DNA of 64,000 nucleotides from an uncultured Chlamydiales bacterium (GTDB lineage Bacteria; Chlamydiota; Chlamydiia; Chlamydiales; Rhabdochlamydiaceae): NCBI GenBank assembly GCA_963700985.1, contig OY969554.1, positions 224,001 to 288,000 of the forward strand, read 5' to 3'. Shown piece by piece: positions 59,070 to 64,000 of this stretch (position 1 is its first letter; each line of letters starts with the position of its first letter). The notes under the pieces were generated by a model. It saw only the letters and a program-made list of their open reading frames with translations, ran no database searches and was not told where the DNA came from. The position numbers and the translations under genes were made by a program.

Positions 59070-61964
59070 ATGTCACCAAGAAAAGCGCTATTTTCTTTAA
59101 CACTCTTGAGTATCCCTGCATGGGCATACAGCGACTGCAGCACTGTATGGAACGGTGATGGTGATGGCGTTTCTTGGAGTGATACGGCTAATTGGCAATT
59201 AGCATGCTTTCCGAATGGACCTTCGGATGTAGCTGATTTTGGCGCATTGCCTACTTCGGATACAACGATTACTCAAGATTTTACAGGCGGGCTAAACTCT
59301 GGAGTCAGCTTGCAGACGCTCGAATTTATCAACAATACTGCATTTACGATAAATGGTCCGGGCGCTATTACTTTTCCTGACAACCTCACTGTAACTGTGT
59401 TAAATGTGATCGCTTCGGCTAACATACAGCAGATAATTAATGCCCCAGTGTTCTTCCAAAACCCGACATCTTCAGGCGGAACGGATATTAGCATGCCAAA
59501 CAGTGCGGGTAATTCTACGGAATTAACCTTAGGCGGTGGCGTAACGATTAGTGGAGCAGAGGTGACTCTATTTGGTAACAGCGGGAGTCCCAACACTACT
59601 GTTTTTTTAAATCTGGCTGACTCTTTAACTCTAAATTCAGGAACTCTGATTAATCAAGGTACTTCGGCAACTATTGGAGCTACCTTTGTCGGAAATGAAA
59701 TAAACTTTCCGCCGGTTAATATCGGCCCAGGGAGTGCCATACAAAATTTAGGCAATGCAATTGCTGCTAGTGGTACGGGAGCATCAATGCAGTTGCTCGG
59801 TGGAAACCTTACAATAAGCGGAGGTCAGTTCCTAAACCAAAATGCTGGTGACGTTAGCGCTCCTAGCGGACCCGGAACCGGCACCCTTCTGAATGGAGGT
59901 GTAAACAGTATTATTATAAGTGCGGGTACGCTTTCAAATCAGAACACAAGATCAGTTACCGGCACAAACAGCATAGGTGCCTCAATTACTTCCGCATCAA
60001 TTGAAATGAGCGGAACTTCTAACTTTGAGAACACCAATTCTGGAACTGTGTCTGAACAAGCATTAGGATGTTCGGTGGTAAATGCCGTAGGGGCAGCAGG
60101 GATTACCATTACAGGCGGTAACGTACTCAATTCGAATACGGGTACGGTTACGAGCCCTACGGCTATTCCTCGCAGCGTGGGTAGTTCGATTAATGATTCA
60201 GGTACGATCTCGATAGGCGGTACTGCTGTCGTTACGAATCAAAACACTGGCAGTGTCGATGCGAATAGTTTTGGAAGCCAAATCGAGGCTTCTGCCATCA
60301 CCATAAGTGGGCAGGCAGCGCTTAGTAACTTTGACAATAACCTAACTCCATCGGGCGTCAGCTCTGCTATAGTTTTAGCTAACACCATCACTTTAAATGG
60401 AGGCGTTTTAGCAGGCAATGGTCTGTATACAGGTTTAAATACTACGCCCGATGGCACAGTAACCACAACTGTGACGAATAATAGCGGGACGGTTTTGCCC
60501 TCGAGTAACACACAACCGGGCACAATGATCATTAACGGAACGTATATTCAAGGGCCCAGTGGTGTGTTTGCTGAGAGGCTCTCCTCTGCAGGTTCTGCAT
60601 CTCAATTGAGTGTTACAGGCACCGGCACGACTCAATTGGGAGGAGTGCTGAATCTTGTTTTCCTGCCTGACAACACAATAACTGCAGGGGACACATTCAC
60701 AATCATTCAGACAGATGGTTCCAATTCATTATCTGGCAAGTTTGCTTCTATCACCAACAGTTCCCCAGGCTTAGTTCCCCATGTTAAATACGTCCTTGGA
60801 CCAAATGGCGAAGTGATTCTTAGCTTTACATTCCCCGTTCCTACTCCCATTATTGGATTAGCTTCTAGCTATGCCGGGGGCTTTCTGCAAACAGTTCTTT
60901 CAGATATCAATCACATCAACTCGCAGATCACTCTGCGTATGGAAAACCTGCGCAGAAACTTTGGTGCCCCTTCATCGAATAGTAATAAACGTTTGGCTGC
61001 AAGAGCTGAGCGCAATCCCAGCAACTTAGTTGCATCTGCAGGTGATAATTTTATCGCGCGCAATCCGCAAACCCAAGAAAAGCAAGAGCAGCTCAGACGC
61101 GAAGTTACTCAAGAAGAGAAAAAGTATCCATTGAATCTCTACTTTGGACCGACAGGTAGAGCTGCTGGCGATCTGCATACACGAAAAGATCAGCCTGGCT
61201 TGAACTACTGGTCTGCCGGTGCGCTGGCTGGTTTGGATTACGCCTTCTCGCAGGTGGGTTTAGGCTTCATGGCAGACTATGAACGAACAGAAGCGCATGC
61301 CAAGCAGCACTGGGGCAAGATCACCATCGATGAGTTTCACGCAAGTCTCTATTCTACCTATGCTCCATCGTGTTTACCTGCGCTTGCCTTTAATGGGATC
61401 GTAGGTGGTGCTTATGAACTCTATTTTATTAAGCGTAACGCCGGTACGCCTTCCGATGAAAGAGTTGCCAAAGGTACTCCCCACGGTTCTGCCTTCGACG
61501 CCCTCTTCGGAGTTGAATATGCGTTGGGTAACCGCTTCCAGGTTATTCCCCTCGCCAATGTTCAATATGTTTATCTGCACACTCAAAAATATGAAGAGCA
61601 TAACGCAGGCACCTTCGACATGGAAGTGCGCAGCCAAAGAATCAAATCTCTGCGCTCATCGTTAGGTCTGCGTATGAACTACAACTGGGAGTGTTCGAAT
61701 GTTAGCTTTGTGCCTGAAATTTATGGCGAGTGGCAAAGAGAATATCTCAACAAACGCCGCCACATCCGTTTTGAATCAGTAGAGCTTGATGTGCCAAGCG
61801 AAACCCTTATAATGCCAGGCTCTGGCCGCAACATTGCACTGGCCGGCGTCGATCTGCTATTCACACTTTATAAGCGCTTCGGCATCGAAGGCAGCTACGA
61901 GTTTGAGTACAACAGCCTCTACCACGACCACTTCTTCTACCTGGGCACCAACTTCAGATTTTAG
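59070..61964 (+). CDS. Autotransporter (type Va), array member 3
   Basis: Same architecture, longest passenger; ends FFYLGTNFRF. Confidence 0.92.
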   Translation: MSPRKALFSLTLLSIPAWAYSDCSTVWNGDGDGVSWSDTANWQLACFPNGPSDVADFGALPTSDTTITQDFTGGLNSGVSLQTLEFINNTAFTINGPGAITFPDNLTVTVLNVIASANIQQIINAPVFFQNPTSSGGTDISMPNSAGNSTELTLGGGVTISGAEVTLFGNSGSPNTTVFLNLADSLTLNSGTLINQGTSATIGATFVGNEINFPPVNIGPGSAIQNLGNAIAASGTGASMQLLGGNLTISGGQFLNQNAGDVSAPSGPGTGTLLNGGVNSIIISAGTLSNQNTRSVTGTNSIGASITSASIEMSGTSNFENTNSGTVSEQALGCSVVNAVGAAGITITGGNVLNSNTGTVTSPTAIPRSVGSSINDSGTISIGGTAVVTNQNTGSVDANSFGSQIEASAITISGQAALSNFDNNLTPSGVSSAIVLANTITLNGGVLAGNGLYTGLNTTPDGTVTTTVTNNSGTVLPSSNTQPGTMIINGTYIQGPSGVFAERLSSAGSASQLSVTGTGTTQLGGVLNLVFLPDNTITAGDTFTIIQTDGSNSLSGKFASITNSSPGLVPHVKYVLGPNGEVILSFTFPVPTPIIGLASSYAGGFLQTVLSDINHINSQITLRMENLRRNFGAPSSNSNKRLAARAERNPSNLVASAGDNFIARNPQTQEKQEQLRREVTQEEKKYPLNLYFGPTGRAAGDLHTRKDQPGLNYWSAGALAGLDYAFSQVGLGFMADYERTEAHAKQHWGKITIDEFHASLYSTYAPSCLPALAFNGIVGGAYELYFIKRNAGTPSDERVAKGTPHGSAFDALFGVEYALGNRFQVIPLANVQYVYLHTQKYEEHNAGTFDMEVRSQRIKSLRSSLGLRMNYNWECSNVSFVPEIYGEWQREYLNKRRHIRFESVELDVPSETLIMPGSGRNIALAGVDLLFTLYKRFGIEGSYEFEYNSLYHDHFFYLGTNFRF

Positions 61965-61970
61965 AAGAAA

Positions 61971-62064
61971 ACAGGATGTGCAGGATCAGGCAGGATATGA
62001 AAGATGGAAGCAACATCTTGCGTATCCTGCCGGCGCTTTGCGCCGATCCTGCATATCCTGTAAG
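61971..62064. repeat. CAGGAT/ATCCTG element, copy 4
   Basis: Near-identical to copy 3 at an offset of 3075 bp. Confidence 0.9.
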
Positions 62065-62145
62065 TGATTTACTAAAAGAGCTTGATTGCATTCGTATAAA
62101 AGCGCATACAAAATTTCTTACAAGACAAAACAAAAAAGGATCTTT

Positions 62146-64000
62146 ATGTCGCCAAGAAAAGCCCTATTTTCTTTAACACTCTTGAGTATCCCCGTGGTTG
62201 CATACACAGACTGCGGTGGCACGACTACCACATGGACAGGGGCAGGTGATGGCACTTCTTGGATTGGTACGGATAATTGGAGTTCTCCGAATTCTCCTTG
62301 CTTTCCTAATAATCCGTCAGATGTCGTTGTTTTCCCTTCTACGAGTTTCACGACAGTGTCACAAAATGCTGGAGCAATTACTCTTGGGCAGCTTGAGTTT
62401 ACAGACAGTGGTTATATTATAGACGGCTCTGGAAGCGGTCTTGACACCATTACTTTTCCTACCGCTAATCCTGCGGGGATAGTCGAGATAACAGCTTCAG
62501 AGCTTAGTAATACAATTAACGTTCCGGTGTTCATCACTGCTTCTCAAGTTGGAATAAGTCTTAATGAAAGTTCGGGGGGCGTCGCTACTTTGAGCTTTGG
62601 TGGGGACGTGACAATTAACAGCGGTGCCTCCCTGCAAAATATCAACGCTGGTAATCAAAATATACTCAACTTCAATGGAACGAATCTTACCGTTAACGGC
62701 TCTTTAGTAAATTCCAATGCTAATAATTTTGCTGGTGGTACTGTAGTGATAACAAATCAGATGAGGATAAATTCTACTAACCTAGTTCTTAGTGCAAATA
62801 GCATGCTAGAAAATCAAAACTCAGGACAAATAGCATCTGATACTGGAGAGGGACCTCTGCTTTTTTTTAGTAATGCTCTTGCACTAAATGGCGCACAGAT
62901 AGTTAACAGCAACTCTGGTTCAATTTCCAATGATTCTACGGGAACTACACTATTAGCACCCAGCATTGATATTAACGGGGGAGGGAGTCTCTCAAATTTA
63001 AATTCTGGCTTAGTTGCTAGTGATGGAAGCATAGGTAGCCTCGTTTCGGCTACAACCATCAATATAGATGCGAATGGAAGCTTTCAAAATGATGATCAGG
63101 CTAAATTTACCATACTAAATGTAAATGCTGGGGGTACTTTAAAGGGAACTGGTAACTTTTTTGCTAATGGAAGAACTACTGCCACCGTTACAAACAATGG
63201 AAATGTTGAGCCTGTGGATGTCAATGGTACCCCTGGCACAATGAGCATTAACGGAACATATATTCAGGGATCGGGCGGTACATTTACAGAGCGTCTTGCT
63301 TCTGCAAGCTCTGCATCTCAATTGAGTGTTACCACTACTGGTACAACTCAATTAGATGGAACACTTGATGTTGTTTTGGCTTCTGGAAATACTGTGACTG
63401 TAGGTGATACATTCATAATTATCCAGACGGGTGATTCTAATACTTTATCTGGCCAGTTTGCCTCTATCATCACCAATTCAACCAGCTTGGTTCCACATGT
63501 TCAATACATCCTTGGACCAAATGGCGAGGTGATTCTAACCTTTACATCTTCGGTGGTTCCTCCCGGTCCATCTCCCGTTATTGGATTAGCTTCTAGCTAT
63601 GCCGGGGGCTTTCTGCAAACGGTGCTCTCGGATATAAACCACATCAACTCGCAGATCACTCTGCGTATGGAAAACCTGCGCAGGCACTTTGGTGCTTCTT
63701 CAGCAAGAAATAATGGACGTTTAGCAACAAGGGCTGAGCGCGATCCTAGTAACTTAGTTGCATCTGCAGGTGACAATTTTATCGCGCGAAGCCCGCAAAC
63801 TCAAGAAAAGCAAGAGCAGCTCAGACGCGAAGTTACTCAAGAAGAGAAGGCGTATCCTTTGAATCTCTACTTCGGGCCAACAGGTAGAGCCGCTGGCGAT
63901 CTGCATACCCGTAAGGATCAGCCCGGCTTGAACTACTGGTCTGCCGGTGCGCTGGCTGGTTTGGATTACGCCTTCTCACAAGTGGGTTTAGGTTTCATGG
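62146..64000 (+). CDS. Autotransporter (type Va), array member 4 (partial, runs off the window end; not in the ORF track)
   Basis: ATG 62146 after AAGGA; MSPRKALFSLTLLSIPVVAYTDCGG...; same frame gives SYAGGFLQTVLSDINH at ~63600 and the barrel start. Confidence 0.9.
   Translation, partial: MSPRKALFSLTLLSIPVVAYTDCGGTTTTWTGAGDGTSWIGTDNWSSPNSPCFPNNPSDVVVFPSTSFTTVSQNAGAITLGQLEFTDSGYIIDGSGSGLDTITFPTANPAGIVEITASELSNTINVPVFITASQVGISLNESSGGVATLSFGGDVTINSGASLQNINAGNQNILNFNGTNLTVNGSLVNSNANNFAGGTVVITNQMRINSTNLVLSANSMLENQNSGQIASDTGEGPLLFFSNALALNGAQIVNSNSGSISNDSTGTTLLAPSIDINGGGSLSNLNSGLVASDGSIGSLVSATTINIDANGSFQNDDQAKFTILNVNAGGTLKGTGNFFANGRTTATVTNNGNVEPVDVNGTPGTMSINGTYIQGSGGTFTERLASASSASQLSVTTTGTTQLDGTLDVVLASGNTVTVGDTFIIIQTGDSNTLSGQFASIITNSTSLVPHVQYILGPNGEVILTFTSSVVPPGPSPVIGLASSYAGGFLQTVLSDINHINSQITLRMENLRRHFGASSARNNGRLATRAERDPSNLVASAGDNFIARSPQTQEKQEQLRREVTQEEKAYPLNLYFGPTGRAAGDLHTRKDQPGLNYWSAGALAGLDYAFSQVGLGFM

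Noticed and set aside
58901-59158. ORF MCRIRQDMKDGSNILRILPALCADPAYPV..., repeated at 61976..62176
   Set aside because: It is the translation of the duplicated CAGGAT palindrome and promoter, overlaps the autotransporter start out of frame, and is not preserved in the first spacer
44153-62064. CAGGAT and CACAGAG repeats as a possible CRISPR array
   Set aside because: Units are 6-9 bp and mirrored, with no 25-45-bp repeats separated by unique spacers, and no cas genes are present
53433-64000. Autotransporter array as a diversity-generating retroelement or invertase shufflon
   Set aside because: No reverse transcriptase or recombinase in the window, all genes are co-directional, and differences between repeats are not obviously adenine-specific; genes beyond the window end cannot be excluded

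Overview
64 kb of a chlamydial (phylum Chlamydiota) chromosome, probably from an environmental, non-Chlamydiaceae lineage. The assignment rests on gene content and order: tal next to the atpE-(DUF2764)-atpA-B-D-I-K V-type ATPase operon, valS near pknD, a double-length uvrA divergent from pyk, and cdaA-cdaR-htrB. Accessory genes with host-interaction hallmarks are inserted into this backbone. They include small hydrophobic Inc-like paralogues, a membrane-anchored sphingomyelinase-like EEP enzyme and a LicD-family transferase that share one anchor motif, an F-box/LRR protein, a tail-anchored coiled-coil protein, and a 780-aa protein with a secretion-signal-like N-terminus and an intact C-terminal HicA (RNase toxin) domain with no adjacent HicB. 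The window ends in a tandem array of at least four non-Pmp autotransporters with very divergent passengers but homogenised linker, barrel and spacer DNA; each complete gene is followed by a CAGGAT palindromic element and each gene is preceded by a conserved promoter-like motif. Several families of REP-like intergenic palindromes (CAGGAT, CACAGAG, GGGCAC) occur. I recognised no rRNA, tRNA, CRISPR array, transposase or integrase. All calls come from reading motifs by eye; no database search was run.
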